A stretch of 56,237 nt of DNA, counting the filler, from Porpidia crustulata (Eukaryota), in NCBI GenBank assembly GCA_964255105.1. It is 6 parts of 6 records of this genome, joined end to end, with 100 filler letters (N's around TTAATTAATTAA, not from the genome) between each part and the next. Parts side by side here need not be neighbours in the genome. Positions count along the whole stretch, not along the records: positions 28,196 to 37,479 come from CAXUWE010000961.1; positions 37,580 to 46,858 come from CAXUWE010000962.1; positions 46,959 to 56,237 come from CAXUWE010000963.1; 3 more parts are not named here. One strand, 5' to 3'. The notes below the pieces were generated by a model. That model was not told where the DNA came from. It was given only the letters and a program-made list of their open reading frames with translations, and ran no database searches. This document shows positions 36,701 to 48,160 of this stretch, piece by piece. Position 1 is the first letter of the stretch, and every line of letters begins with the position of its first letter. Made by a program: the position numbers and the translations under genes.

Positions 36701-37008
36701 GCTCTATAGGTAGCGAGCACAAACCCAAAACCGAGAACATTGCAACGCAGATGGGCAAGGCTGCTTCCAAGCGGCTGGTAGCGATTGACAATTGGGATGA
36801 ACTTCTTGATCCTCCTGAAAGATTGAAAGAGCTCAATGTTGGCGTAGTACGAGGAGGCAACAACTGGCATGCGCGGCTTGCGCTGATGTCTGTCAGTGTT
36901 CAGAAGCAGTGCCGGACTGTTGTCTTACCACCAGTGTCCTTGTGCACGGAATGCGGTTCTCATTCGATAAAGAACATGGCGGACTTTGCGCAAATACTCA
37001 TCATGTAA
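33730..37008 (+). CDS. ~1030-aa fungal hypothetical protein, three exons
   Basis: Exons 33730-34032, 34162-35737 and 35795-37008 total 3093 nt in one open frame. Blocks LALANFNVDFTLIKLEAP, TARKLGALF, GIDGTSIYAAATSG, LSSWHIYPD, WSLSLSHLRYYG and FACIAMFESG resemble an uncharacterised Pezizomycotina family I recognise by eye. Confidence 0.88.
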
Positions 37009-37045
37009 GGTATCGTTGAGGTTCGGAATTGATATGGAAGGTCAT

Positions 37046-37181
37046 ATATATAGATATTATACACACCCCGAACTTAGGATTGGAATTACCGTTTTCGTTC
37101 GGGAAAGGGAGCAAAGCCATTTTAGAGGGAGCACCGAGGGAGCAGATGAAAAAAACGGGGGATGCTATATATATATATATA
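37046..37181. repeat. Direct repeat copy 2 and a MITE-like segment flanked by TA runs
   Basis: Reads TA run, CACACCCCGAAC...AACGGGGGATGC, (TA)n. Contains an internal cccgaac/gttcggg inverted repeat. Confidence 0.5.
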
Positions 37182-37479
37182 AACGAGTGGACGGGTAAAA
37201 CAGACGCTTTCCCGCCGTTTGGCCTGACGTTCATCCTATCCGATTTTGACGCGGTCTTTAAATGAAAGATACACGAGCTTAGATTCCTCGTCGTTAAGTG
37301 CAAGTATGAAGATCTCTTCTTCTTCTGATAAGTTCTCATTTTTTCTCATCTTTCTCTTTTGTCGTTGCTTGTTGTAACGGTTGTCCTAATAACAACACAA
37401 GATATAAACAGAGATAGACTAGAGTAACGAACTCTCTTGCTACTATAGACTAAGGTCTGGAGATAGCTTAGACAATAGA

Positions 37480-37579
37480 NNNNNNNNNNNNNNNNNNNNN
37501 NNNNNNNNNNNNNNNNNNNNNNNTTAATTAATTAANNNNNNNNNNNNNNNNNNNNNNNNNNNNNNNNNNNNNNNNNNNN
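37480..37579. other. Artificial contig spacer
   Basis: N44-TTAATTAATTAA-N44. Confidence 0.98.
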
Positions 37580-39576
37580 GTCAAACCATGCAGCTCCCCC
37601 AAAAGCCCATCATAAATCTCGCCAAATCTCTCGCCGTCCTCATCGATATAAGCTTCGCTCAACTGACGGAACAATTGGTTTTCTTGAACCGAAGCGTCTT
37701 CAGCCTTGCGCAATGTCTCAAATACCGCTCGGATGCCCTTGTACGTGGCGTGATGGCTGGTCTTGAAGGTTGATTCGTTTTGGGCGTTGACGAGGGGGGC
37801 GGCAGATGGGTCGCGCTTGATTGGACAATCGACAGGGCTGGGGTTGGGGTTTGGGTTGTCTTGGGCTATGGCGTCTGCTTTCCTTTGAAGTGTGAAGCGG
37901 GTGTCGGAATGCGCATCACTTGGAGTGACCCTGGTGTCTGGAGAGGTGGAAGCCCTAGAGTCCGTTCTTACAGTCTTGGTCGCAGGACCCGGGTCTGGCT
38001 CATCGAGATCTGCAGTCTTTCTCTTTAAACCAGCGGATAAAATGTTTCTCGACTGGGATGCCGCCTTACCACGATCAAGTTCCGGCGGTTGTGTTGAAAG
38101 TTCCCTTAGAAGTCTTACCGCATGCTGTTTGGACAAGTCGATATCGACTTCAGTAGAGCTTTGTTCAACACTATTGACTGGTATGACGTCAAGGGTCTGA
38201 GCTATAGGCCACTCTGTGAGGCTGCTTCTATCTTCTGGTACGGTCGTATCGACAATTCGACGATTGTCAATGAACCATTGAAATACCCTATCTAGGGTCT
38301 GACTACCTCGCTGAGACGAGACGTAGCGACTCGACTCCGACTCGGGGAACATGCGTAACCTTTGGGTACACTCACTGTCTCCAATGACAATGAGTCCATC
38401 ACTATGTATTGTTAAAGCGTCTTCGAGAAGCGAAGAGTCCGACAAAGATCCGGGATCACCGTCAATGGTGGCGGTACGGACCATGTCAAATATCATTATT
38501 GCGGCTTGTCTTCCGACCCACCAGTCCACCGTTCCCACTCTCACTGCAGAACACCTAGAACCTCGCTCTTCCAGATCCAAGTCTTCCAAATACTCATAGT
38601 ATCTCGTTGCCTGTGCGTCATATGGTGTTACAATACCAATATCGACTGGACTGATATAGGGGGCTTTTCTCAACAACTCTCGGATGATACGTATGCTCAT
38701 CAGTACATTTCCCAGATTATGTCTTGAACGTCCGTCGTACCCACGTACGCAAATGCCATTGGTCACATTGATCATGATAGGATAAACTTTGTGCGGTGGT
38801 TCTTTTCTGATGCCAGTCCATATAGTACCCACAAAGTCTTTGAACTGGCACGCTATAGGACGACTGGGTAATATAGTACTGGGTCGGTCGATGGAATAAA
38901 CGTTGCGACCAATGACCGCACGAGGGAGATCAGCCATGCCAAACACCATTGGAAAACCCTGTGCTGGATTGCTTTCAGATATGGAAGCGTGTCTGCTGGT
39001 CGGTTTCTTACAGAGCTGTTGCAATGGTTGGTGCAAATTATCAGTCATTAATTTGAGATGCTTCATAGCAATAGTTTTTGTCGGATAGAAGAACGTGAGT
39101 CCTTGGGCTTGGTTGATAGACCTGAGGTAGGCAAACGCTCGGAGGACATAGGAATTTGATATTGGCAATGGTTCCTTTTCATTGGTGACTGAAAATGCAT
39201 TGCCATGAATAGGAATCTCGACGCAATGAAGATCGTAATCAACGAAACGACGTGCAAAGGTCATATTCGGACAGATTGCAAGGATAGCCGATTTATCTGC
39301 TGCGGAGACCTTGCGGTGACGGAAAGCGTGCCTAGGACGCAGCTGAAAGGTGAGGACATGGTATTTGTATATCCTGTCGTAACATTCATCCTCGGCGTAA
39401 GAATCGCATCGGAGTGCCACTCTGAAACCAATGAATGGTTCCGAAGTGCAATCAGCATTGCTCCGTGCCCGTACAATGATTTCCTGGTTACTTTTGACAG
39501 ATACATCGTTAATTCGGCCCAGCCAGAACGACTCGCCCTCGGAGCGTATGATAAGGGCGGAATACAATTCGCTCAT
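37580..39576 (-). CDS. Protein with a single degenerate Upf1/DNA2-type helicase C-terminal (AAA_12) domain; open at contig end
   Basis: Uninterrupted ~665-codon ORF containing SRHN...DIGIVTPYDAQ...VGTVD...GRQ...IVIGD. No Walker A or B motif found. Confidence 0.75.
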
Positions 39577-40106
39577 TGTGTCGTTCTAGCCTAGCTTCGG
39601 CCACGATACGAGTCTTCCAACGGACGACCAAGTACGGTCGTACCTGTTACTTACGGCGTGAACTTGCTACAACCCCAGGCAATATCTAAATCGATACCGG
39701 CGGAGGTTGACGTCCCCTATTGGATTTTCGTGTGGACCTACAACACAATTGAGTAAGCCAAGGTCAGATCCTCCACATACTTAGCCGACGACGACATCCA
39801 CACAGCAAATAAAGTCGAGAATGTTTGGGTAGTGGTGTTGTCGAGAGCCAAAGCTGAAACGGGAAGACGGCAAGGGAAGTAACCAAGCGCGTGAAACTAC
39901 TCAACGGTCCCGTGAGAGATTGTTGACGAGCATAGGGAGCATGGTCTGGATAATTCGAGTGGGAGAACTCCTGATGAGACGGACTTGCGGATAGATAATG
40001 GTTCTGGGGAATCACGGGAAGAAACCTTCAAGGGAAGGAGCTACTACCTTTTTGGACGAACCGCATCAGAACGGAACCCACAAGCTCTAGGGTTGTTTAT
40101 AATCTT

Positions 40107-43009
40107 CTACATAACCATGCACCCTTGCCCATACATTTGTTTCTCAACACGGTTCTTCACTTGGTACCAATCCGCTCTCCTCTCAGCGAACTCATACACC
40201 TCTTCAGCGCGGAATATACCATGAAAGCGTTCTCCATCAGCAACGATAGTGGCCAACTCCTTGGCATCAGACGGGTCTACGAGATAGATCTGCGCAAGCT
40301 CTCGGAGGGCGATGAAGTATAGGAGCAAATCTTTGTTTTTCAGTGTCTGTACGTAGTTGAAATAGTGGTTCATATCGCTGGATAGCAATCAATTAGTTCT
40401 GTACCATAAGAAAGAAAGAGGATATACGAAATACGCACCTGATCAGCTTGATAGAACCACTGACGTTGACGCGCTGCCTTTTTAAATGCTTGCATAATGC
40501 CGTGAACAGCCGCAATCCTACTTCTTGATTGAAAACATCAAGCATGTTCTTGTCCGTACTTCCTACTAGCATTTTGGTGTGAGAAGACACCACCTCGACA
40601 ACTTTCTGAGCCGTCTCAGTAGGACCTATATCCATGACCTCAAAGTTGGTACTATTTGATGATCCTGGATTAAAGTCTTCTGGTTTTTGTGTTGTACCAC
40701 AGACGTACTCCACCTCGGCCATCAGGACTTCGATGCCCTTGTTCAAGCCAGCAGCGACTCGCTCGTCAAGCATCTGCTCAAAACGTTTCTTTTCCTTTAC
40801 CGCTGGGTCTAGGAAGTCGTCACGGTTTGTAAGTCTCTTTGCGATCAGCTCCTGTTCATAGAATACATCCACCATTTGCTGAATAAGATCGCCCACGTTG
40901 ACAAGTTCAAGAAAGGTTACTAGAGGTGTAACGCCACTTTGGCTATGCTCGCTCGTTTCTCGAGGTTTATAATTTGACAGGTGGTCCACTGCTTGGTCGA
41001 AGCCAGCCTTGATATGACGAGTACCTAAGATTTGCAATAGTAGGATGAACATCAACTCGCACTGCTTCCTTGCATCAATGCCATATTGACCTCTGAGACT
41101 GACAAATGCGGCTGCACGCTCAATGCTTGACTTTGCCGCGTGCACTAGATTAAGGGCCACTTCTATGCTGAACAAGGAGCGTATACCCTCGAGTCTTGAT
41201 GCCATGATTGCAGCTTTGGCAGCTAATTCGGTAGTAGGCGGCTCTGGGAGAGGCGTGGCGGGTCTATTAATGCTCAAGGCTGTGCCATTGACTATCCCAG
41301 GCGTGGAGGGACGAGTCGAAACTTGGGAACCTGGCGGCTTTGACGTTTCCAATGCTTCACCATTCACCAAAGCTTTCGCCGTTGCTGGTTTACCACCAAA
41401 AGGTGACGACATGGGAAATGTAGGCAACACGTTGACAGGCATCATGACAACCTTCTTGAACGATGTCAGAAAGTCGCGCTTGTCCGCCTGCCGGTTAACA
41501 TTTGACATGTACATAGATGTCATGGAGGCATCTTGCTCCGAAAGCTGCCTTTCCCACTTGCCAACTAATGAATCGGATTTTTCTTTGAAGAATTTCAACT
41601 CCTCACGTAAGTAAAGATCGATATGAGGTTCGAAGACCGTGGCTACGACTTGATCTACGGTTTCGTAGAAGTCATCTCCAGATTGGCTTGTGGGTCTTAG
41701 AGATTTGGCAAAGTCAAGACACTGCTCGTAGGTGGTGGAGACAGACTTTAAATATGAGTCCATATTTGTACGATACGATTCATCGAATAGGGTCGTCAGG
41801 TAGTCCGAGATGACCTCTTGACCGATCCTCTTCAAAAACGGTACGATGACGCTGACTGAGGTGGGGAACACTCGGTCAATAATGATAACCTGCTCATTGA
41901 ACGCGGCCGAGAGATTTCTAAAAAATGTATGCGCCCAATCCAAGGAAATGGTATTTGAAGCATTCTGGTCTAAGCAGTCCATAGGGTTCCCAAGGCTTCT
42001 TTTATCACTCAATATCCGTGTTCTTAAAAGAAACATGTCCACAACCTTTTGACCTCCGTTCAAGCTTGCGAGCACATGTGCGTATTTTCGCATCTTACCT
42101 TCAATGTCTCCATCGACAAGTCCATGCTCGAATTCCCGGGAGACTGCAGTTTCAAAAGCTTCAAGCAGATCCCTTAACTTCTGCCTTCTCCGTTGCCATC
42201 CTTGCGCCATATCACTATTTGAAAATCTTAATAGATTCGAGAGCATTCGCGCCTGTTGATCAGGATCTCGATAACTTCGGAAAATAATAGCGTCCGTGTG
42301 GGTTCTGGACTTCAAAGCGTCGTTGTAGAAAGGTGCCAGAGCTCCGTAAATCTTGCCGTATTCTCCCCTACTATAACCACGGATGGAGCGTGACTGAGCG
42401 AAGACCTGCAACTTCAAAGCATTATCCATAGGTCTATCCGTGGCGTTTGCGAGAGTAGGCTTCGTAGGCGATAGCACAATCGCATCAAACCCATCTGCCA
42501 GGTTTTCTGCTGCAAGTGTGGGGCTCTTTGTTCCTCGACTGGCATCAAAAAGGGTGACACTGGCTGTTCTTGCCCGTCCGTCAAAACCATCACTGCTCTT
42601 GGCTGTTACATGAACCCCGATACCAGCACGCTTCGCCTCTTCGTCATGCAGCATCTTCTGACTTTCAGATCTCTTCCTCCTAGAAGTATCCGCTCTCTTC
42701 CTTGCTTCTCCCTCATCCCAGCAGCTCATTAGCTGCAACCGCTGTACCCATCTTGTGTCATCGTAGACCATCTCCTTCATGCGCTTGGAGACTCTGGCAA
42801 ACCGGATGAGATCTGGAACTGGAAGGAAGTCCAGAATCGTAGAGAGGATCTCTAGCATCAGTCAGTATAAAGTATATCTAATTTTACGAAGGTATCGTAC
42901 CTGCTGGAAGCAGAGGCTTCGAACTGACGATTTGGGCCATTCGAAGCGGAGCCAAGACACTTTGGCGAGATTGACCGCCGATCAGTGTGGCCCTCTTGAA
43001 GTTGGACAT
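40107..43009 (-). CDS. RCY1: Recyclin-1 (F-box + Sec10-like exocyst domain)
   Basis: F-box LPAEILSTILDFLP formed across intron 42852-42900. Sec10-like C-terminus (FLELVNVGDLIQQM, EVYEFAERRADWYQVK...YGQGCMVM). Last intron near 40380-40438. Confidence 0.9.
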
Positions 43010-43509
43010 GTCCAGAGGCCAACGGAATCATGGATTTGGGCAATATCCGCGGTCTATTACAGCGTTGTGGAATCTCGAGGTCGCGAGCTGTACAAGAGGT
43101 GCGAGATGAGACCGCCTCATAGATTCGGAAACATCATCCATGAAGGGCCAATTCTAGAAATTTCAATCATTTTCTCGGAACTTGGGGAACACCATCCTTG
43201 ATTGATGCCAAAGTCGTTAGTATGAACACGTCTATGAAAGAGCTAGGCATAGATCCGCGAGAGAGAAGCTTCTTTTTAAGCATGTGCTGGAAATCAGCTG
43301 ATCAGCTTGCCAATTTGGTATGACTGCCCATTTTATATTGGAATTTCCAAGTAACCTAATAATCTCCATGCTGTACTACCCACAGAGCGCCGCCACCCAA
43401 AGATCCACTGAATGCCTTGCCAATGCAACGAATTTCAAAGCAATGAAACCAGAATGGGAAGTATAACATATTTCACCCATGCCCAATTCTCCCAAGCTGC
43501 CATATATAT

Positions 43510-44673
43510 CTACAATCTTCGCCCATGACCAGTCTCATCTGGTATCTCTCCCGGCGGGTGATTCTCAAATAGATCCTCCAAATACGCGCTCGGGGCACGT
43601 CCCTGTGGCGGGACAGACAAATTCAATGTACTTGTGCTCGCCTGTGTTGATAGACCTGCGGTACTCGGTCTCCCATATGCAACCTCTCCATTTCTACTAC
43701 TTGGTGGTAGTCCAGGTGATACTGGAGGGCTAGGACCCACCGACTGTGCTCTTGAATAGCGGTGGCTCTTCGGTCGAAGATTCCCCAAGGATATCGAATT
43801 TCCAGCGCCTACGTGTGACATCCCAGCTCCACCTCCCGCTGCAGCATTACCTGCGGCATAGTAGCCTGCCGGAAGGTAGCCAGAACCTCTATTGCGTGGA
43901 GTTTGCATGCCTGCACTGGCTGTAGGCGAGAAGAAGAGACTGCCACGAGCCGGGGTATGAGTTTTGCTTCCTCCTTTCGAGCTTGCTAAATGATCAAGAC
44001 TCAGCGCTGATCCAGTACCTGCATTGTAGAACTGAGCTGGCGGGTTTTTGTAACCGCCCTTTTTGGTTTCACCCTTATACTTCAATGATTGTGCTATCGC
44101 AGCCCGGCGAACAGATCGATGTAGCGACCATGCCACAAGACCGCGCCATGCGAGTACAATCAGAGCGATGAAGCCAAGAGCTGCGCCCACGCCAATAAAA
44201 ACGGTACCTTCTGGTAGGTTCGACTTTTGCATGAAGGGAGCATCTGCGGTAGGAGGTACAGCAGGTGGTGGATAATCACTGCCTGGTAATTTGGGGAGGT
44301 TTGTTATAAGACCTCCCGAGCCGGAGGATGTAGAGGAGGAGGTAATGGCAGGGAATGTTGAAGCTCCTGAAGAGCTTGATACAGTAGCACTCGAAGAGCC
44401 TGTTGCTGGAGAAGAAGATTTGGTATTTTGTGTTGTTTGCGAACCGCTTGATGAAGACGCTGAGTTTGTGGGATTGGACTGGGATGCAGATGAACCTGAG
44501 TTGCTGCTTGCTTGCGTTGCAGAAGAACCGGGATTATTGGTTGCTGACGACGCTGAGGAGGATTGTGTTAGCGGAGGCAGATTGGTATTCTGCGCCGCAA
44601 CATTTTGTAAGAGGAGAAGGGAGGAAGATAGAAGAACAGCTGGCGCAAGTCGTATCCTCTGCCTTATTTGCAT
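43510..44673 (-). CDS. Single-pass Ser/Thr-rich membrane protein (CSI2/PRM5-like)
   Basis: Signal peptide, S/T-rich stalk, PPTADAPFMQKSNLPEGTVFIGVGA transmembrane motif and C-terminal RAPSAYLEDLF. Confidence 0.82.
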   Translation of the reverse strand: MQIRQRIRLAPAVLLSSSLLLLQNVAAQNTNLPPLTQSSSASSATNNPGSSATQASSNSGSSASQSNPTNSASSSSGSQTTQNTKSSSPATGSSSATVSSSSGASTFPAITSSSTSSGSGGLITNLPKLPGSDYPPPAVPPTADAPFMQKSNLPEGTVFIGVGAALGFIALIVLAWRGLVAWSLHRSVRRAAIAQSLKYKGETKKGGYKNPPAQFYNAGTGSALSLDHLASSKGGSKTHTPARGSLFFSPTASAGMQTPRNRGSGYLPAGYYAAGNAAAGGGAGMSHVGAGNSISLGNLRPKSHRYSRAQSVGPSPPVSPGLPPSSRNGEVAYGRPSTAGLSTQASTSTLNLSVPPQGRAPSAYLEDLFENHPPGEIPDETGHGRRL

Positions 44674-46238
44674 CGTTGGGGTCTTCTGATCGGAAGATCT
44701 CTAAAACTCCCTCCCCAGCCTTTTCAATAGCTGCCTGCTTTTTAATGGCGGAGTCTGCTAGTAGACCAGAAATCTACTGGGTCTCTCAAATTAACTGTTG
44801 AATATGCACACAAGGCAGTTTGTCCGGAAGATCGTAGAGACCCAGCAAACCGAAGGATGAAGGCCCCCTGTTATCGAGGCTAAAATGCACACACCCGTTT
44901 TCGTCGCAAGATGAATGACCGTTGGGGAAGTTCTTCCAAGGAATTCGAAAGTAAGGTTATATAGTATACAGGCCAGGAAAGCGAGAGCGAGTGACAGGTT
45001 TTCCGAAGAGAGTGAACGGCTTGCTTTGTTTTTCTCAGCATGAAGGAAGCTGAAGAAGTGTTTTGAACATGCACCAACATGGCGCTAGCCGGAAGTGGGG
45101 GGCAACCACAGATCGGACAAAAATAGCCGTCGCCGACTAGCCGAGCACCCTCCAAAAGGAATATCCAATTCGCATATCCCACACTGCACCCATCAAGCAA
45201 GAACATTGTTCGTCTTGAAAAACTCTCTCAAATCTCACATTTTGGCAGTGCATTTATTCAGACGCTCCCGCTTTTCGGCTCAGGCGCTATCTGCCCCCTA
45301 CTAAACACCTAACGTGCTAACCCAACCCACCCATTGCTCAGGCTCTGCTCACTCTGCTCAGCCATTGTTCGCTGTTTTCGCGTACGGTGTTTACGTCGTT
45401 CCTGTTTTTGAGTTTGCGGTTGTTCTTTCGTTTCAATGGGTCTCGTAACCCTGCACTCCTCTCTGTACCTATATTCACCAATTAGTGATTTGGAACAGCT
45501 CGCAACCTTCTTTCCACAAACCCACCGTTTGTATTCCGCTGCGCATCTGCTACTCAAAATGTGGCTTCTTTCCGAGTCTCTCTGCCAGCTTCGTGCCCCA
45601 GCTCTTGCCTACAGGGATTGAACTGCACAGGATCCAATATTCCTGTGCAGCTGCTTCTTCTTGCCCTATGATTCGTCTTCGATACGAGCGGAAAACCAAG
45701 GATCGCGTGGCTACGTTGAGGTGAGAGTAATGGGATACTATTTGGTCACTTTGATGATCTTTGAAGAGGATCCTGGTGCATTGTCATGGTCTAAGGTATA
45801 GATTTCGCTCAAGCTAATGGATGCCTGTTGAGGAGAGGCTTGGGTTAGAGCCGCTGGCTTCGCGGTCTATATTCTATCTCAGGTTGCATCATAACGCCAA
45901 GAGTTGTTCTGTGTTCCTTTCCGGTTGAAGGATTGTAGAAGATAGATGTTGCCGTGGAGAGAAAGGTGCCTGTCTGGGTTTTTGAAGATACATCCGATCT
46001 CAAGACTGCAGCGTCAGAGTTGACGACGTCCATACTTCCGACGGCGCTCGGAATTGTGTGCAGTGAGATCCTTGTCGGAGCCATCCTTCCCATCATCATA
46101 TTCGTATTCATCCTCAAAGTCAGTCTTTCACCAAAATCCGTTGCAGGACTGCCCAGCCCTGTTTGCTTCGACCGTTCATCCTCATCCTCAAGATCGCTAC
46201 AGCCCTTCTCACCTCTCGGTACCCTTGTGGGCTATCCG

Positions 46239-46858
46239 TCAACCAATATACTTCCCATACTTTGCAAACTCTTCATCCGCCCTCAATCTCTCCATATCTT
46301 CATCCCTCAAACAAATCGCAACCGCAATCTCGCCGTCTACCGTCTTCGGCATCAAATACATTAAACTCTCGACCGGTAGAAATTGCGGTCTCCGCACCGC
46401 CTCAGGTTTGCCCAATCCAAGGTGGAAGTCAAGTTCGTAACAGTCCAACTTCGCCCACGAACTGAGCATGATATCCGCTGATAGGTCAAGCGTCGCCGTG
46501 ATCGAGACGATGCTCTTGTCTGGTATGCGGGTGAGGAAGGTTGCGAGGGCACGGGTGTTGTACCCGAGATCCGATGTTTTGGGGTCTACAGCTGAACGAA
46601 GCTGTGATGCGACAGCGCCCAATGGCTCCTTAACCAGTTTCTCAAGCGTGTATGTATTATACGTCATATTCTGTATCAGCCCTGGGTACGTCTGTGAAAT
46701 ATCTAGATAACGCCGGACATCGACAGCGCGAGCGAACGTTGACTGAGATGTGGGACTTAAGCGGGGGAGACGGGCACGGATGACGGATTGCCAGACAAAC
46801 GCACTGAGGGTGTCGTCGGTGGAGATATAGCCTGAGGTGAGGGTGATAGCTTTTGTAG
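46239..46858 (-). CDS. Trichothecene 3-O-acetyltransferase-like BAHD transferase, C-terminal part only
   Basis: STDDTLSAFVWQ, RAVDVRR, YPGLIQNMTY, LSSWAK, DFHLGLGKPEAVRRP and ESLMYLMPK closely follow TRI101/AYT1. Confidence 0.88.
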
Positions 46859-46958
46859 NNNNNNNNNNNNNNNNNNNNNNNNNNNNNNNNNNNNNNNNNN
46901 NNTTAATTAATTAANNNNNNNNNNNNNNNNNNNNNNNNNNNNNNNNNNNNNNNNNNNN
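46859..46958. other. Artificial contig spacer
   Basis: N44-TTAATTAATTAA-N44. Confidence 0.98.
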
Positions 46959-48160
46959 GGACTGTACAGATACCATCCCTTCAGCGCCGCCACCGCGGCC
47001 CGGTGCCTCGCCTCATCCAGGCTACCGCCCGCGCCCTCCCCCAGCTTCGCCCTCCCGGCGAACACGCCAACAACAAACACGGGGTGTCGACTCAACCGCC
47101 CCGTCTCGGACAGGATGCGCGCGACGGGCGACTCGAGCCCCTCACGGGCGCAGAGCCGCGACAGGTCGAGCGTGGGCATGCGGAACTCGAAGAGTTTGCT
47201 GTAGTCCAGGTGGCGGGAGAGGATGTGCTCTTTGAAGAAGAGCTTGGCGGATTTCTTGCCGCAGTGCAGGTACACGGCGCCGATGAGGGCGCGGACGAAG
47301 TTCATGGATGCGCGTTCGAGGGTGATGCCGTCGGCGGCTTTTGCGAGCGCGTCTTGCTCGCGTAACTCAGGGCGTTCGGCGTAGTCGGTTTCGGAGCGTT
47401 TGACTTCGTCGCCGAAATAGTCGTCGTAGACCGTGCGGCTGGACATGCCTCTTCTCCACCCCTTTACCGCATTGGGTCTTGCGGTGGGGTCATCTTTATC
47501 TGACAGTGACGATGGCATCTTCGCGAGTTCTTTGACTTGGATGCCTGTGCCGTCTACAGCGGCGTTGCCAGCTTGTTGGCGCCTACATTGAAGGTAGCCT
47601 GGGTCGACTTCACCGCCGGGTTCAGCGGCCACTTCCACACCCCATTCTCGACTCATGGCAGCAAGGGTTTTGGGACCACACAAGGCCCACATGGCGGCAA
47701 ACACGACTTCTGTGGGGAGGCGGGGATAGCGGCAGAGAATGGATTCCGAGGTGTAGTATCCAAAGAGATCGGCGCCTAGGACGGAGAGGGAGGCATTGTT
47801 GAAGTTGGGGTCGATGTCGGCGGAGGGATCGATGAGACAGCGTGCGAGTGTTTCGAGTGGTAGGCGAGGAGACAGCGAGAGACGTGCATGTAAAGCAGAT
47901 AGTTTTGCGGAAGAGGTTGCGCGAGAGGGCGGCGGAGAAGGCATTTTCTGCAGTGAGATGTGCCGTGGCTTTGGTTCTAAAATTGTTTCTTCTGACACTT
48001 CTGAAGGGTCATCTATGATCTCTTCTTGCTGCAGCAAAGGAGCGACGGCCGTGGATTGGAGGCGAAGATTTCGAGCAAGTTGGTTGTGGAGGTAGCATGG
48101 CCGCCTTATTCGGGGAGTGAGGAGAGAGCCGCTCCATCGTAGGATGCGGAGCCTTTGCAT
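46959..48160 (-). CDS. MRPL3: Mitochondrial ribosomal protein mL44 (RNase III-like + dsRBD), 3' truncated
   Basis: Arg-rich presequence from ATG 48160; SAKLSALHARL, CRYPRLP, ETGRLSRHPVFVVGVF and AALKGWYLYS. Confidence 0.9.

Noticed and set aside
10620..48160. An RNA-silencing cluster of QIP-like exonuclease, Upf1-like domain and RNase III protein
   Set aside because: The three are on separate unlinked contigs, and the RNase III-like protein is mitochondrial ribosomal mL44, not Dicer.
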